A stretch of 64,000 nt of DNA from Vicugna vicugna (Eukaryota). Below the pieces are notes generated by a model. The model saw only the letters and a program-made list of their open reading frames with translations, was not told the DNA's origin and did not search any database. Location: NCBI GenBank assembly GCA_013265495.1, contig MU058687.1, positions 1,862,001-1,926,000 of the forward strand, written 5' to 3'. Below are positions 25,200-38,772 of this stretch, piece by piece (the first letter of the stretch is position 1; each line of letters opens with the position of its first letter). A program made the translations under genes and the position numbers.

Positions 25200-27350
25200 G
25201 ATTCCTAGGCAAAATGAGCCTGCAAACCAAAATTCTAAAACACATGAATAAATCTAATACTAAGAAAGATTGCCAAGAGAATCAGCACCTGGACCATGAA
25301 TTCCTTTCAGATGAAATTAATATTTTTTGAATGATCAGAAGAATTGGATCATGTATCTAATAGGAATAGCCTGTGGAACATGATGTGTGTCTCTGATAGG
25401 GGTATCAAAAGAGAGACCTGAAGGACAGGTGAATAAGCACTTCTTTAAAAAGTGATAACTGAAAATTTTCTGGAATTGAAGAACGATATGAGTCCTTAGA
25501 TTAAAAAAAAATTCCTTGTACCAAAATAAATACACCTCTAGACACATCATAGTAAAAGTGCAGACCATTAAGCACTAAGGGGAGTCTCACATACTACCTG
25601 AAGGAAAATTCATTTTAGCTACAAAGAAAAGCAATACCAGTATTCTTCTCTTCAGAAACAAATGGCAGAAAACAAGAGCTTATAGCTTTAAAGTGTTGAG
25701 GTAAAGTAACTTTCAGTCTAGAATTTTATATATAGCTAAAGTGTCATTCAAGAGAGAAGGCAAAAATAATAATAATTTGAGACAGTCAAAGTCTAAGAGA
25801 ATACCACGCATGACCTTCACTGAAAGAATTAGCAAAAGTAAAAATGAACACAGAATAGCATGAAACAATGAAGTGCAAAAATTTTATAAAATGTCTTTAA
25901 ATGTTAGTGACCATAAGAATAATTAATTGTTGATCATCTTTAAAAAGATGAACCACGTTTAAGATGACAAAGGTAGGATTCAGGGACAAGAGTATTCAGT
26001 GGATAGTAAATGTATAACAGATCTGTGTCAAGTTCAAGGGCAAGACAGAAATACCGAATAGCTTTACGCTTTCTTAGGAAAAAACAGCTAAATAATTGAT
26101 ATTCAGCCTATAGCTTTCAAACCAACAGAGGGAAAAGGAAGAGAATGTAGAAACTTTGTGAACCCAGATGTAGGGGGAAAAAAGCAAAGGAAAAAGATGG
26201 TAAATGGAAAACAAAAACTAAGATAAAAAAAACATGAGTAATCATAATAAACATTAACAGATTACACTCTTCTATTAAAAGATAGATCATCAAATTCTAT
26301 TTTTTTAAATGTTCAATTATAAGCTGCTTAAAAGAGACATACCCAAAGTAAAATCTCACAGAAAAGTTAGAGATTAGAAAAAGGTAAACCATACAATACT
26401 AATTAGAAGGAAAACTAGTATGGCAATAGATAAATTCAAGTTAATCAAAAAGCACTGGTAGGAATTAAAAAAACTTTTATGCACTTAACATAACTTCAAA
26501 AGATATAAATCAAAAGCTCACAAAATCATAAAGAAAAATTGGCAAATTATCAATCATAGTGGGTGGTTTATTTAAATAAACTTCTATCAGTAATTGATAG
26601 TTAACTCAAATTTCTGAGGATTTTGAATATTTGAAATGCAGAATTAACAGTTTGCTTTGAGAAGTGCCTTTTAATCTTTTTGACCACCACTCATAATTAA
26701 AAAATACATTGTTCATGCAATCAGGTAAAAATATATGTACATATGTATATGAAGTAAAAGTTTCACAAAATGCTATTTCCTATATTTTTGAAATACTGAT
26801 TGTTTCCCCTAAATTGATTTTATAACCCTCTTACGAGTCACAACTCATAGTCAGGAAAACACTAATAGCCATGCATAGACTCCTGGGCCCAAAAGGGAGA
26901 AAACACTCTTTTCAAGTGTATGTGGAATATCTATAGAAATTCAGCACATACTGTGTCACAAATGAAGGCTCCACCCATTTTAAAATATCAGTATTAAACA
27001 GTTCATACTTTATAACTATAATAAATATACTTAAATTAGAAAGAATAAGAAGGTAATGGTTTTCTAAGGCCCATGTGTTTGGAAATTTTAAAAAATAGGG
27101 TATATAATACTTGTTAAAGAGGTAACCATAATGAAAATCATAAAACATTGAGAAGTGAACTGCTATGAAAATACTATACATCAAATTTGTGGGCTAGCCA
27201 AAATTGCACTCTAAACTTGTAATCTTAAATATATTTATACAAAGACAAGACAAATTTGAAAATCAGTGAGTTAATCATTTGACTTGAAACACTATAAAGG
27301 GAACAACAGAGTAAATTAATCAACAATCAAAATATATAATAAAAATATAG
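25200..27350 (+). mobile_element. Very old L1 ORF1/ORF2-start remnants, interrupted by a hAT MITE at about 26660-26865
   Basis: ctagacacatcatagtaaaa, ctagaattttatatatagctaaagtgtcattcaag (ORF1-like); aatcatagtggg..., cttctatcagtaattgatag (ORF2 endonuclease-like); strong A bias on the + strand. Confidence 0.65.
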
Positions 27351-29315
27351 AAATCCCCTAGAACATCCTGACACATGGGAGAACCTGAGAGAACAGTGCC
27401 TCAGTGTCTGGCACATGGTAGGTGTTCATTAAATACTTGGTGAAGAAAGGGATGAAATTGGCAACAAACAATAGAAAAGCTTACCTCTTCAAAGACTAAC
27501 ACATTTTAAAAGGGAGAGAAAGGCCCACATAAATAATACTAGGAATAAAAAGGAATGTAACAACAAATACAGTGGATTGGATCGTGTATAGTGTATTTAA
27601 AATTAGTCCTATACTCCAGTGCTGCACAACAGTTGACTCCACTGTTTCTTAAATTGGTTTTGGAACCAGACCCACATTAATAATGTTCTCATTGTTTTTT
27701 GCTAAGGATTAGCATATTAGCTTCTATTTGTGAAATGCATATATAATCCCTGGACGGGATTACACATACAACTCTGTGCATGTGGGTATGTTGTAAGGAA
27801 AATTGTAAGATATTTAATCTGCGAGTAAGTGTTTGCTAAGAAAAGTCAGTCTTTTTTTGGAATTCAGTTCTTTAACTTAACTTGCATCTTGGGATTTCCT
27901 CTGCCCTTTGGGAATTGAAAATGGCTGGTTGTCACCAGGATTTTATGAAAGTGATCAAGTTTGACAGCGTTTCTTTCCAGGACCTTCACCATGGCTATTT
28001 GCCACAGTCCTGGTGAGGTCAGCATTTCTAGCTCTACTTTTCCTGTAAAATCTCGAGCATTTTCCTTTTGTGGGTCCTTCCGTCTCCAGAAAGGTCATCC
28101 CTGATGTGGTGGCATGGGTCCAAGATAAACTTTTACTAAACTGTTGAAATAGAAAACTGGTACCTCTGTATTGGAGATGTGGAAAGCCTTGAAAAGAACT
28201 CGAAGAGAAACAATATAGCACCAAACCACAGTCAACCTTGTGAAGTAATGAACAAAACAGATCTTAAAGAAAGAGTATCACTTTCAGGAAAGTTTCCACT
28301 GATGAAAATAATGGGGGTAGGGGGTGGGGAGGAAACCACAAATGAAGGAAATACAGATCCATGAAAAGGCACGTCACCCTTACCAGCAAAGTGGATAATG
28401 GGAATTTTACTCGTTATAGCTCTCCTAGACTGGTGAAGGTATGTTATTATGTAGGCCAGCTGTATGGTGTCGTCTTGATGCCAGTGGGATTCCCAGCCAG
28501 CCATTTGATCAGCTCGTATTCCCTAAGTAGAGACCTGCACTACAAGAAATCTTTCAAAATAATTAATGCAGGCAGTATTTCCACTTATCGAGATATTATT
28601 TGTTTGTAATGTCTTGTTGAACAACTTCTTTGAAAGGCCCAGAAGAGCTCTTTTCCCTTAATGCCCATATCAGAATCTTTCCTGGGCTTTAGGAAAATGG
28701 AATAAGCAAGAGGAGTAGGTAAGAATGGAGCAAGTGAACTGAATTCTGAGTTCGGAAGTGTGCATTTAATACTTAAGGAAACTCTTCAGGTGCTAGCAAT
28801 GAACATGTCCCCGGAAGGTTCCTGCCTTTGTTGAGACATCACTGTTGGTGGAATTCTTCTAATTCTTTGTTGCTACTATTCATGGCTGCATATCTTGTTT
28901 CAATTTTTAAGTAGCTCTGTTAATCAGGAAGCCTGCCCTTCAGCAGCTTTTGATAATTACAGACAGTTCATCTGCAGAGAAGGGTCTGAACTAAGCCGTT
29001 ACCACAGCTGAGATTATAGTAAGCCTCCAGCTCGCAGCCCTTGACTTACATCTGACTCCTTTTCACGTTCTAGAACTTGAACCATTTCCAGGAAGAACAA
29101 TCAAGGGACACTGTGGGATCAGATAGTCACATCCAGCACTCTTCTTGGTTTGAACTCTAACTTTTGTATAATATAAATTAATTGCACCTTTCTTGTCCCA
29201 TCTTTTCAGTATTTCTCACCACGGAACTCTTGATACTTTTATAACTCATTTTTTCTGAATTCATCTTTGGCCACCTCTTCATATTCCACTTGTACTGTGA
29301 TCAGAAAACAGCAGG

Positions 29316-29530
29316 ACAACAAGTTTATACTGGACAGCACAGGGAACTATATTCAATATCCTATAGTAACCTATGGTGAAAAAGAATATGAAAATGAATA
29401 TATGTATGTTCCTATGTGACTGAAATATTGTGCTGTACACCAGAAATGGACACAACATTGTAAACTGACTATACTTCAATTTAAAATTAGAAAAAATAAA
29501 TAAATAAAATTTTTTTTAAAAAAGAGAGAA
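29316..29530 (+). mobile_element. Short 5'-truncated camelid L1 3' end with perfect 13-bp TSD
   Basis: TSD agaaaacagcagg at 29303-15 and 29531-43; body acagcacagggaactatattcaatatc...gactatacttcaat and A tail. Confidence 0.92.
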
Positions 29531-29987
29531 AGAAAACAGCAGGTAATGGAGCTGCACCCAACACAGGTTTAACTTTGCACATTCAGGGAAAAAGAGAAAG
29601 TACAATTTCAGTAGTGGCTGATTCCACTTGATATCCCACCCAGGATAAGATGGGAGATTAATTGTTCCTCCAGTCAGTCTCATTTCCCACGAGCCCCTCT
29701 TACAGGAAGAGCATCCCACAGTAGTATGTGTTATTCTCATGTTTAAAGACTCATATTCTATATAAGCCAACTACTTCGTTTGGTGTGCAGTTGAAGAAAT
29801 AGTGATTCATTCTGATGCTGACAGAAAAAAAGATGATACATGTTAGATTTGTTAAGAGGTAGTTTGTTGATCTCAAATGAGACCTCTCTTCCAAAGAGAG
29901 TTTAAGAGTAATTTGGACTAATTTTGATTTCTGCTTGATAGGTTGCCAGTTAATTTACATTTTGACTTTAATAGCAAATTCCTATTA

Positions 29988-31054
29988 CCCAATCAAAAAA
30001 TGGGCAGAAGGAGGGGAGGGTATAGCTCAGTGGTAGAGTGCGTGCTTAGCATGCACAAGGACCTGGGTTCAATCCCCAGTACCTTCACTTAAAAATAAAT
30101 AAACAAATAGCAAACCTAATTACCTACTCTCCGCCCCCCCCCAAATGGGCAGAAGACCTAAACAGACATTCTTCCACAAAAGGCATATAGATGGCCCATA
30201 GGCACTTGAAAAGATGCTCAATATCACTAATTATCAGAAAAATACAAGTCAAAACTACAGTGAGCTATCACCTCACACTGGTCAAAATGGCCAGCATTAA
30301 AAAGTCCATAAACAATAAATGCTGAAGGGGCTATGGAGACCAGGGAACCCTTCTATACTCTTGGTGGGAATGTAATTTGGTGCAGCCACTATGGAAAACA
30401 GTATGGAGATTCCTTTAAAAACTGGAAATAGAGTTACCATATAATCCGGCAGTTCCAGTCCTGGGCGTATATCTGGAGAAAACTCTCAATTCAAAAAGAT
30501 ACATTCACCCCAGTGTTCATAGCAGCACTATTTCCAATAGCCAAAACATGGAAGCAACCTAAATGTTCATCAACAGACGATTGAATAAAGAAGTTGTGGT
30601 ATATATACATATATGTAAGTACACATATATATTGGAATACTACTCAGTCATAAAACAGAATAAAACAATGCAATTTGCAGCAACATGGATGCACCTGAAG
30701 ATTATCATACTAAGTGAAGTCAGTCAGACAAATATATATCACTTATATGTGGGATCTTCAAAAAAGACAGGAATGAACTTATTTACAAAACAGAAACAGA
30801 CTCACAGACATAGAAAACAAACTTACAGTTATCAAAGGGGGAAGGCAGGGGATAAGGATAAATCAGGAGTTTGGGATTAGCAGATGCAGACTGCTATATA
30901 TAAAATGGATAAACAACAAGGTCCCTACTATATAGCACAGGGAATTATATTCATTGGTTTACAGTAACCTGTAATGAAAAAGAATATATATGTATAATAA
31001 TTGCTATGCTGTGCACCAGAAACATTATAAATCAACGATACTTCAATTGAAAAA
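29988..31054 (+). mobile_element. 5'-truncated camelid L1 (ORF2 end and 3' UTR) hosting a SINE
   Basis: aaatgggcagaagacctaaacagacat...gcagccactatggaaaacagtatggag...gatacttcaatt-A tail. TSD-like aatagcaaattcctatta / aaagcaaattgctgtta. Confidence 0.92.
30011..30142 (+). mobile_element. Vic-1-like camelid SINE nested in L1
   Basis: ggggagggtatagctcagtggtagagtgcgtgcttagcatgcacaaggacctgggttcaatcccc with A and B boxes. Perfect TSD aaatgggcagaag (29998-30010 / 30143-55). Confidence 0.93.
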
Positions 31055-32622
31055 AAAGCAAATTGCTGTTAAAGTCCAGGTTCTAAATATCTTATGGTCA
31101 TTCTTCTACAGTTTAGCACTAATAATCCATACTGAATAACAGTCAATGAGTCATCCATTTTAATATTTCTTTAGGTAGATAGGCATATAGTGAATGCAAA
31201 GATAATCAATATTCCTAAGTAAAAATAACAATACCCATCATAGTTAATGTTTATTTAGCCCTTAATATAATACCAGACACTGTACTAGGATGTGTTTTAC
31301 ATCCACCATTTTTAATCCTCAACAGCCCTATGAGGTGGGTCCTGTTACCTTGCTGTTAAAGCTCAGTCAGCAACTTCCTTAGAGATAACCAAGAGAACAT
31401 ACACACACTGTCCATGTAAATGTTTCCTAAAACACAGTTACTCCCAGGAAAGCAGCCAAGAATCATTGCAGAAGCAGATCAGCAACTGCAAGTTACCATG
31501 CAGGCTCTAGACAAGCTGTGTTTTAAAAGTTCTCGTAATTTAGGAGTGGGTTGTCCAGAAATTGGAATGTATTTTCCCAAAGAAATGATGTTATCACAAC
31601 AAAAGCATATTTACCCATGATGTGCCTAAAGTGTAATAGCATAAACCCAAACCATTTCATGTACCAGTGTTTCCATGGAAAAATTTACTCTGAGTTGCCC
31701 CTTGGATGGCTGTGGACACATTTCTCTACCACCAGGGAAAAGGGGACCTTGTGGGAGAAAACAGTAGACTCATTCAAATGTTCAAAGTCGGAATCAGCGG
31801 TGGTTCCCAAGTCCTGTGATGGAAGTTGATGGAGGAAGGAGGATGGAAGAGTGAGTGGAACTGGGTACGAAGGGGACATGGGGTCAGGAGCTCTTGGGTG
31901 AGGAAAGCCTGTAAAGGTGAAGTGCGGGATAGGAATTCCAGGGAGGAGAGGAGGAGAGGAGAAAGAGAAGTCACTGGCTCTGAACCCCCAGGGGCTCTTC
32001 TCATCCCCGGAGCAGCTCCCTGTTCGCTGTCTTTGTTTGTCTTCTGCTGCTTCCAAAATTTTGCCTGCCTGCTTCCCTTTTTACTGCTAACACTGAGGGC
32101 TTCCCCTGTGATACTGAGACCAGCCGCAGGACTTTTCTTAACTCGGCAGCTCCTAATATAAGCCAATGGAATGGCCCTTTGGGTTTTTAACTTCTATAAA
32201 GGAAAGAGCCTATCCTAAGCCCTCCAGAACTTACCCTTTTTCACTTGGACCTGGAAGAGCAAATATCAGCCTACAGATGCTTTGAATGGTTTTTTGAGTC
32301 CATAAGGGGCTGAAATAAGCATTGCAGGTGTAGCTCTCCAAGGCTGAGTCTTGGGAAAAGGGAACAGCCCTCTGCTCCTTTCTCTAGTTTTTGCTTCTAT
32401 GGTTCCTCCATCCTCAAAACAAAAGTGGAAAGGAGTGGGTAGGGCCCAGAGCACAGCTTGCTAGAGGGGAAGGGCTGGAAGACAGTGTGGTCCTCGCACC
32501 ACTGCTAAGGTGTGTTCTCAAGTAGCTCGTCTCCATCAGCAGTGTAGGGACCACCTGGGCACCTAAGCGTCTACCGGACTCCCCAAGTGCTCCTCATACC
32601 GCCTTCCTCTGTACCCACCAGT

Positions 32623-32798
32623 CAGTGTTTCCCTGATTTCTCTGGTGATACGAATTACCTGGGTGGTGCTTTAAAAAGCCTAAGTTTTCAAGCCCTATCT
32701 CAGAACTGAATCAGAATCTCCAAGGGAAGGGCCTGGAAAATTGTGTAATTAACAAGTGACCCCAGGCGATTCCTGTCAAGGACATTTGGCAAACACCG
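32623..32798. mobile_element. MER117-like hAT-Charlie MITE
   Basis: cagtgtttccc...gaattacctggg...actgaatcagaatctccaagggaagggcc...ccccaggcgattc...tttggcaaacaccg. Confidence 0.75.
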
Positions 32799-32849
32799 CT
32801 TGACACCTCCCCCCCAAATGGCCCCACAGCCCCCCACCCCCGCCACGCA

Positions 32850-33640
32850 CACACTTTGCTGGTCTTTAGAGGCTCCTAGGACAGTCTAAGCCCCTTTCTG
32901 CCTCAGAATCATTATGTATGCCATTTCGCCTCTGTGAAAAGCTTTTCTGTTGTTCCCTACTCTTGGCTAATGTCTGCTTCTCCTAACTTCATGACTTGGC
33001 TGAAATATGATTTCTTCAGAAAGACTTTGACCACTCTGCTCACTATCTAAGTCAGGTTCCCTGTGTCACTCTCATAATAACACTTTGTGCTTTTTCTCCT
33101 TAGAATTTATCACACAGTTTGTATCTAACATTTTTGCCTAATGTCTACCTCCTCACTAGTACTGAGCTCAAGGAATGCTTAATGAGTAATTTTTGCTTGA
33201 GCGAATTAATGGGAAAACAGTGTTGGCAGATGAGTACTAACGGGTTGGATGCTGATCAGCAAATAAACAACTGAGTACGTGAGAACTTTAATCTCCCAGG
33301 TAGAACTTTCACGTGTCAACTAAAATCAAGGAGATCTCGGGCCCAACAAGGAAGTGTATTTATGGGGCATTGGGTCAGATTACTTCAAAAATGTTTATTA
33401 AATACCTAATGTGGACAAAATGCAGAATTAGGAGCCACAGATACAGCAGTGAATAAGACTGAAGCCATATCCGAGCATGGAGCTGACATTCTAGCAAGGA
33501 GGACAGCTGTTAAGCAACCACTTACACAGTCTTAGAATTACAGTTTTGGTAAATGCAATGGAAGAGTTACAGAGCTGTAAGAGCCTGTAACAGGGGGACC
33601 TGGCGGGGTCTGTAGGGCTTCAGGCTGGTCACAGAATGTC
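32850..33640. mobile_element. L2 fragments: + strand about 32850-33210, - strand about 33385-33640
   Basis: tgtctacctcctcactag...gagctc (+); aaatgtttattaaatacc...gatacagcagtgaataagac...catggagctgacattctag (-). Confidence 0.7.
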
Positions 33641-33733
33641 TAGGACGTGTGGCTGGGGAGCCTGTGCCCAAAGAATCACATGTACTCTGTCCTGTCCCCT
33701 GCCCAAGTTGGCATGGGGGAGGGTGCCTCTATG

Positions 33734-33978
33734 TAATAGTTTCTCAGCCCTGACACTGTTGACGTCTTGGGCTGGAATATTCTCTGTCTGGGGCACTTTG
33801 CAGGGCACTGTAGGAAAGGCTTAGCACCATTCCTGACCTCTGTCCACTGGATGCCAGTAGACCTCACCATTGTGAGAATCACAAATGTCTCAATGTCACC
33901 AAATGCCCCCTGTGGGAGGATGGAGCGAGGTAGGGGGTGAGATCTGTCCCTCCCCCCTCCCCTAGTTGAGAACCACTG
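33734..33978 (-). mobile_element. MER20 MITE
   Basis: gtttctcagccctgacactgttgac...ccactggatgccagtag...aaatgtctc...gttgagaaccactg. Confidence 0.85.
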
Positions 33979-34049
33979 TTCTACATGAAACTTGGTTTTT
34001 TGAAAGTGTCTTTACTTATGATTTATCCAAGTCAATACCAGGAGCTTAA

Positions 34050-34340
34050 TTTATTCATTCAAGAAACAAATGTTTGTTGAGTGCCTATGAGGTACCAAGT
34101 GCTGTTCTAGGCACTGGGGACATGGTGGTGACCAAAGCCCGTGCTTTCTTGAAACCACATTCCAGGCGGGGAGACAGACAATAAATTTTAAAATAAGTAA
34201 CATTTCAGAAGAAGGGGATGGGTTGGTCATAGAACTCCTTTCTGATCGGATGACATTTGAACTTGGAAGAAGTCTTGAGAGAGGCAAGGGAATGAGTGGC
34301 AACACCAAGAGCCAGAGCCAGAGCCACCAGAGGGCCTGGC
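34050..34340 (-). mobile_element. L2 3' end abutting the exon acceptor region
   Basis: ttcattcaagaaacaaatgtttgttgagtgcctatg...ctgttctaggcactggggacat...acattccaggcggggagacagacaataaa. Confidence 0.85.
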
Positions 34341-34368
34341 CAGACCTAACTGACTGCTTGTGTTTCAG

Positions 34369-34451
34369 AGGGTCCTCCGCAGAAGGGCAGCTGAATGGAC
34401 TACAGAGCAGCCTGAACTCTGCGGCCTTCGTGCCCATCACCAGCTCCGCAG
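34369..34451 (+). CDS. TTLL5: Penultimate coding exon of TTLL5 (83 bp, phase 2 to 1)
   Basis: Branch-like CTAAC/CTGAC at 34346-34354, acceptor tgcttgtgtttcAG, donor CAG|GTTAGT at 34452. AA+A completes Lys, then [27 protein letters not shown], matching recalled TTLL5 (...PITSSTDPAHTKI). The last exon was not found in the window. Confidence 0.9.
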
Positions 34452-35049
34452 GTTAGTGCCGGGGGCAGTGGGAGGGGCTGGGCCAGCACGGTCACTCTTC
34501 TGTCTCTGAAGAGAGTGCCAGCTCAGGGAACGAAGCATCCAGGCTTCTGAACGTTGGCAAACGGGCGTTTTGTTACTTTCTGCTTTCCAATGACATCGAC
34601 ATTTTAGGATTAAAGGCTTTTCCGGAACTAGTTTGGGTGGATGAAGTTTCCAGTCTGGTAGAATGCTACCAGGTTTGCAGCACTTAGTGAAAATGCCTGT
34701 ATTTGACTGGTGTTTTACCCCATGTAGCGTCTCTCACTGCATCCTCACCACAGCCCTGGGAGGTGTAATTTGTCCTCTCCACGTGAGGACGCAGGGGCTC
34801 AGAATGTCAAGGGGTCTGTGGGCGATTGTACACGGACGCAGAGCTGGAGCTGTCGTCTCTGATCTGCATCCTCTCAGGCCAATGTCATGTCTTCTGCCGG
34901 GTGGTTGCTGAGGGCCTCAAGCCTCGCAACGTAGGTACCTACCTGTGCATAAATCAGGCGACATTGGTCCACGGATCGTTCTCTCTGAGTAATAATTTAT
35001 AAAAATACACTCATAAGTTAATCAGAAAGTTGAAAGTAAATCACTTGGA

Positions 35050-35770
35050 TTCAATTCAACAAATGTTTATTTTTGAGCACCTCCTGGAGAAAAGTAACAC
35101 GCGGGGCACTGAGGTACATACAGGGTGAGCTGGGCGGTCCCTGCTGTCCGGGGACTTAGCTCAGGGAGAGAGGTCAGCAGGGAGCCTGCTGTGGGGGAAA
35201 ACATCAAGTGCTGGGGACACACAGGACAACAGTAGACAGCACTGGCGGAGAGTTTGCTACGTGTCAGGCTCGGTTCTGAATGCTTTACATGTCATCACTC
35301 ATTTGTTCACAAAACAGACATGTAAAATAGCAACTGTGCTCCCCGTTTTACAGCTGAAGAAATAAAGGCACAGATTATGAAAGGTATCTAAAAACCTCTC
35401 AGCTAGAAAATGGTGGAGCAGTATTTGAACCCAAGCAACCTGGCCCAGGCTCTTTAGGGACTCAGGAGGGCTTCCTGGAGGAAGAAACATCTAAGCTGGG
35501 GTTTGACAGTTGACAGGTCAGCCCAGAGAGGGGAGGCATGGGATGGAAGGAGTTCCAGAAAGAGGGAACAATGTGTGCAAAGGCCGGCTGGGAGGTGTTA
35601 AAGGTGCTGTGTTCTGGGAGCCCTCACGTGTCGCTGTGGCTGGGGATGGGGGCATGAGCGGGGCCCGGCCAGAGAAGAGGCGGTAGAGGTAGCAGAGCTG
35701 GTTTCTGAGCCCTGGAGGGAATTTGGTCCTGAGAGCAGTAGGGAGCCATTGAAGAGTTGAGTCCTGGGGT
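35050..35770 (-). mobile_element. L2 interrupted by a MIR (about 35230-35455)
   Basis: ttcaacaaatgtttatt..gagcacct. MIR ccccgttttacagctgaagaaa...atttgaacccaagca. L2 resumes tcaggagggcttcctggaggaag...gtagggagccattgaag. Confidence 0.8.
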
Positions 35771-37033
35771 GTGAGGGTGTGTGTATGTGACATAATACTC
35801 CTTAAAGCGATTACAGGATTGCTGAGAAGGCGGGTTGGTTTGACTGTATCATGGGGATAATTACATGGACCTCATAGGCTGACCGTGAGGATTAAGGGAG
35901 GCAGTATGTGCAGAAAGGCTCTAAAGCTACATGCAGGCCAGGTAGTAACGTAAGAGTGTAATGATTTTGTTCTCTGCTTAAAATCTTTGCACCTGAATTG
36001 AAGAAATACTTGATGGGTATATAACATCTTCCCCTCACCCCCACCCCCGGCAAAAAAACAAAAACAAAAAAGAATTATTCAAACATGGTAGTTATTTATA
36101 AGGAAGTGAAACTTCCACCTGGAACTCTTAGACTGAGAAGTGGATAGCTCAGAGAATCGCGAACCAGTTGGCAGGGTTCCCATGAGATACAGTTGTTAGA
36201 GCCTCTGCAGCCCTTTGCATCTGCTGAGGCCGGAAAGGTTTACAAAGCTCTGGTGACCCAGGAAACCTGCCTATTTCATCTGCATGTCTAACTGATAAAT
36301 TAAGTACAGAATTGAGTTCTTTGCTTGCACTTTGGCTGCGGAAGTTGGACTTCCAGCATCTTGATCATGAATTAATATTTACCGACTATTGACGTTACTT
36401 AGAAGTTTTTGTAACAGTTTGTACTTTATTTGGTATCAGTATAAAACCACAGAGCAAGGAGAAGTTGTACTTCTCCCTGGCTTCTAGTATCTACCTTTTC
36501 CCCCTGCTTCTCTCTTAAGTAAGTGCATTATTCTTCTCACCTTGTTTAGTAGCTTGCTATTTATTGCTTCTATCTCCAGATGCCTCTGGGCCTCAGAAGT
36601 CCTTTGAATTTGTTTCTCTTCTGTGACTTTCCTGGTGTTCCCGATTCTTAAATACTGCTGAACATGATATAGCAAAGCTCAGGCATTCTTCGTACTTCCC
36701 AATAAGCGTTTTGCCTTAGCAGTATAGTAATAGCTAACCCTGTTAGAGTTCTTTATAGAGCTGGTAAATAACTATCTAGCCCTTCGGTATTTCAACTATA
36801 AATTATCTGTTTTTCTGTCTTGCATGTAGATTTAATGGCGTTATTCTAGGGGTTCAGAATGTTGTCCTATAAAAAGAAGATTAGGTTGCTAGTAAAAACA
36901 TTTCTCCTTAAGCCCACAAGAAGGGAGAACAACCCCCATAAGAAATCAAAAAAATTTACACGGCTCTGAGAATTGGAAAGTGTTGCCTATGTAGGAATCC
37001 CTAAACTGGCTGTGGAAGGTATTTAGCCCCTGT

Positions 37034-37256
37034 CTGGTCCAGTTAACTCAGTTAGTTAAACATGGTATTATTGAGTCCATGAATATAGCAAAAGTCTGTT
37101 TCCTGGCCCATTGACCCTTCCCCAAGTCTAGCCAACCAGGCCTTAAAGCTGTGTGACTTTGTTCGTCAGTCTGAATGAGATAGTGGTTCATCCCGGGGCA
37201 CTGTTGAAAAACAACTCAGAGTCCTTTCCCACTGATGGTGGTCTGGTGACAGTCTT
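37034..37256 (+). mobile_element. Ancient tRNA-headed SINE (MamSINE1-like)
   Basis: Head agttaactcagttagttaaacatggtatta; tail cactgttgaaaaacaactcagag...ccactgatggtgg, similar to the recalled MamSINE1 consensus. Confidence 0.6.
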
Positions 37257-38752
37257 TTTATTATGAACGTTAAATGAGGTAGTGAATGTGAAAGCGCTTA
37301 GCAGAGTGCCTGGAATGCTCCATGAATGTTACTTTTCCTTGACTTCCCTACCTCAGGCTGTCTATTCTGTGTTTGCTATAGAAGGCAAGGTGTAGAGTCA
37401 GCAAATTGGGAAATTTGAGAAGGAAGCTGGAGTGAGGGCCTTTGGCTCAAAGCCAAAGCCACTGGCCTTCCTTCTTTATAACCATGATGTTCTTCTTGAG
37501 TTCTGAAGTGGCGATGGTGAACTAAAATAGCAGAGAGCAGCAGATTAGATAACTGGCATTTCTCTCATGCTGATTCGATGGTGTAAACTACCATTGTTGT
37601 AGGGCTGAAGCCATACCAGCTGCCCTCATCCCTGCCCCTCAGCTTCCGCCTAAGCTTTTCCTGCCCTGGAGCCCAGCCCTCTACACACAAACCCGCCTCA
37701 CCTTTTTTTCTTTTTTAAGCTCTTATTGGTCTATTGTTGGAGGAAGGGACCATACCACCTTTTGAACACCAGTTCTGGGTTTCATTTACAAGAATTGAGA
37801 AGCCATGCCCTTGTTGAGTGTTTGTCATTTGGGACCCTGGTCACATTCACTGTAGCTTTCGGCCCTTTGCCTGGGGACGAGGCAGTAGCATGTCTGTGTG
37901 CCTCTGCCTGCCCACTTCATTGTCTCTCGGTGAGACATCAGGAGAACGGAACTTATTTTAATATAACGTAAATCCAGTGGAGCTTAAACCCCAAGGATCT
38001 AGAAATCACTTTAACTTTCAAGTGAAATTATTTGCCTGGCAGCTCTCAGCAGAATGACCTATTTTCACTGTCAGATTCTCGTTCTTTTCATATGCGTGGT
38101 ATAGTTGTTGGAGATCCTGGGTGGATTTGGAGTATAATAGATTAATAATAAAAATAAACAAAGCTCTTGAGATGCTTGCCCTAGTGTCTTATACCCTTTA
38201 TTGCTCCCCAAACGTTCTCTCCCCCCAGAGCCAGAGGGATAAGAATTTGGGTTGATTGCCCACTCTTACCCTGTTAGAAACCAAGAGTGAAAGCATGGAT
38301 TTGATGTTGGCAGGAAATGGGGTGCCAGCATCTGGGAGAACAATGATCCCCTAAAACCTAGTTTTAGATTTGACCTCTTGTCTTTTCAGCTAAGATCAAA
38401 TAAAGTGTTGAGTAGGGATTTTGTTTACATTTTTCAGGATCTTTGGAAGCTCCCCAAGTTATTTTCGCCAGATCCAAACCCTTGCCCACACAATCTGGAG
38501 CCCTTGCTACTGTTATAGGACAGAGAAAATCAAAGTCGGTGAAGTCAGGGCCAATTTAAGGTAACAGTAAGAATAAGAGCATATTTTCTTATTATAACTT
38601 GCTGACTTTATGCCACAGCAAGAGGCTTAATAATCATCAAGAGAAGTGATAGTTTCTCAAAATGACAAGGAAATTGGCATTTTATAAAACCAAAGCTCAG
38701 AAAGACTCTCCAAAACTGAGTCAAAGCTACCCTAGCTTGCTTCTGTATTGGC

Positions 38753-38772
38753 TTACCAGTAGGTGGCGCTGT
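38753..38772 (+). promoter_or_regulatory. Strong CTCF core motif, with an AP-1 site at 38717-23
   Basis: CCAGTAGGTGGCGCTG matches CCASYAGRKGGCRSY in non-repetitive sequence. TGAGTCA lies about 30 bp upstream. Confidence 0.65.

Noticed and set aside
30011..30090. tRNA-like sequences here and at 8229, 42400, 57680 and 61265
   Set aside because: They have SINE bodies, A-rich tails and mostly TSDs, and their stems are degenerate. They are SINEs, not tRNA genes.
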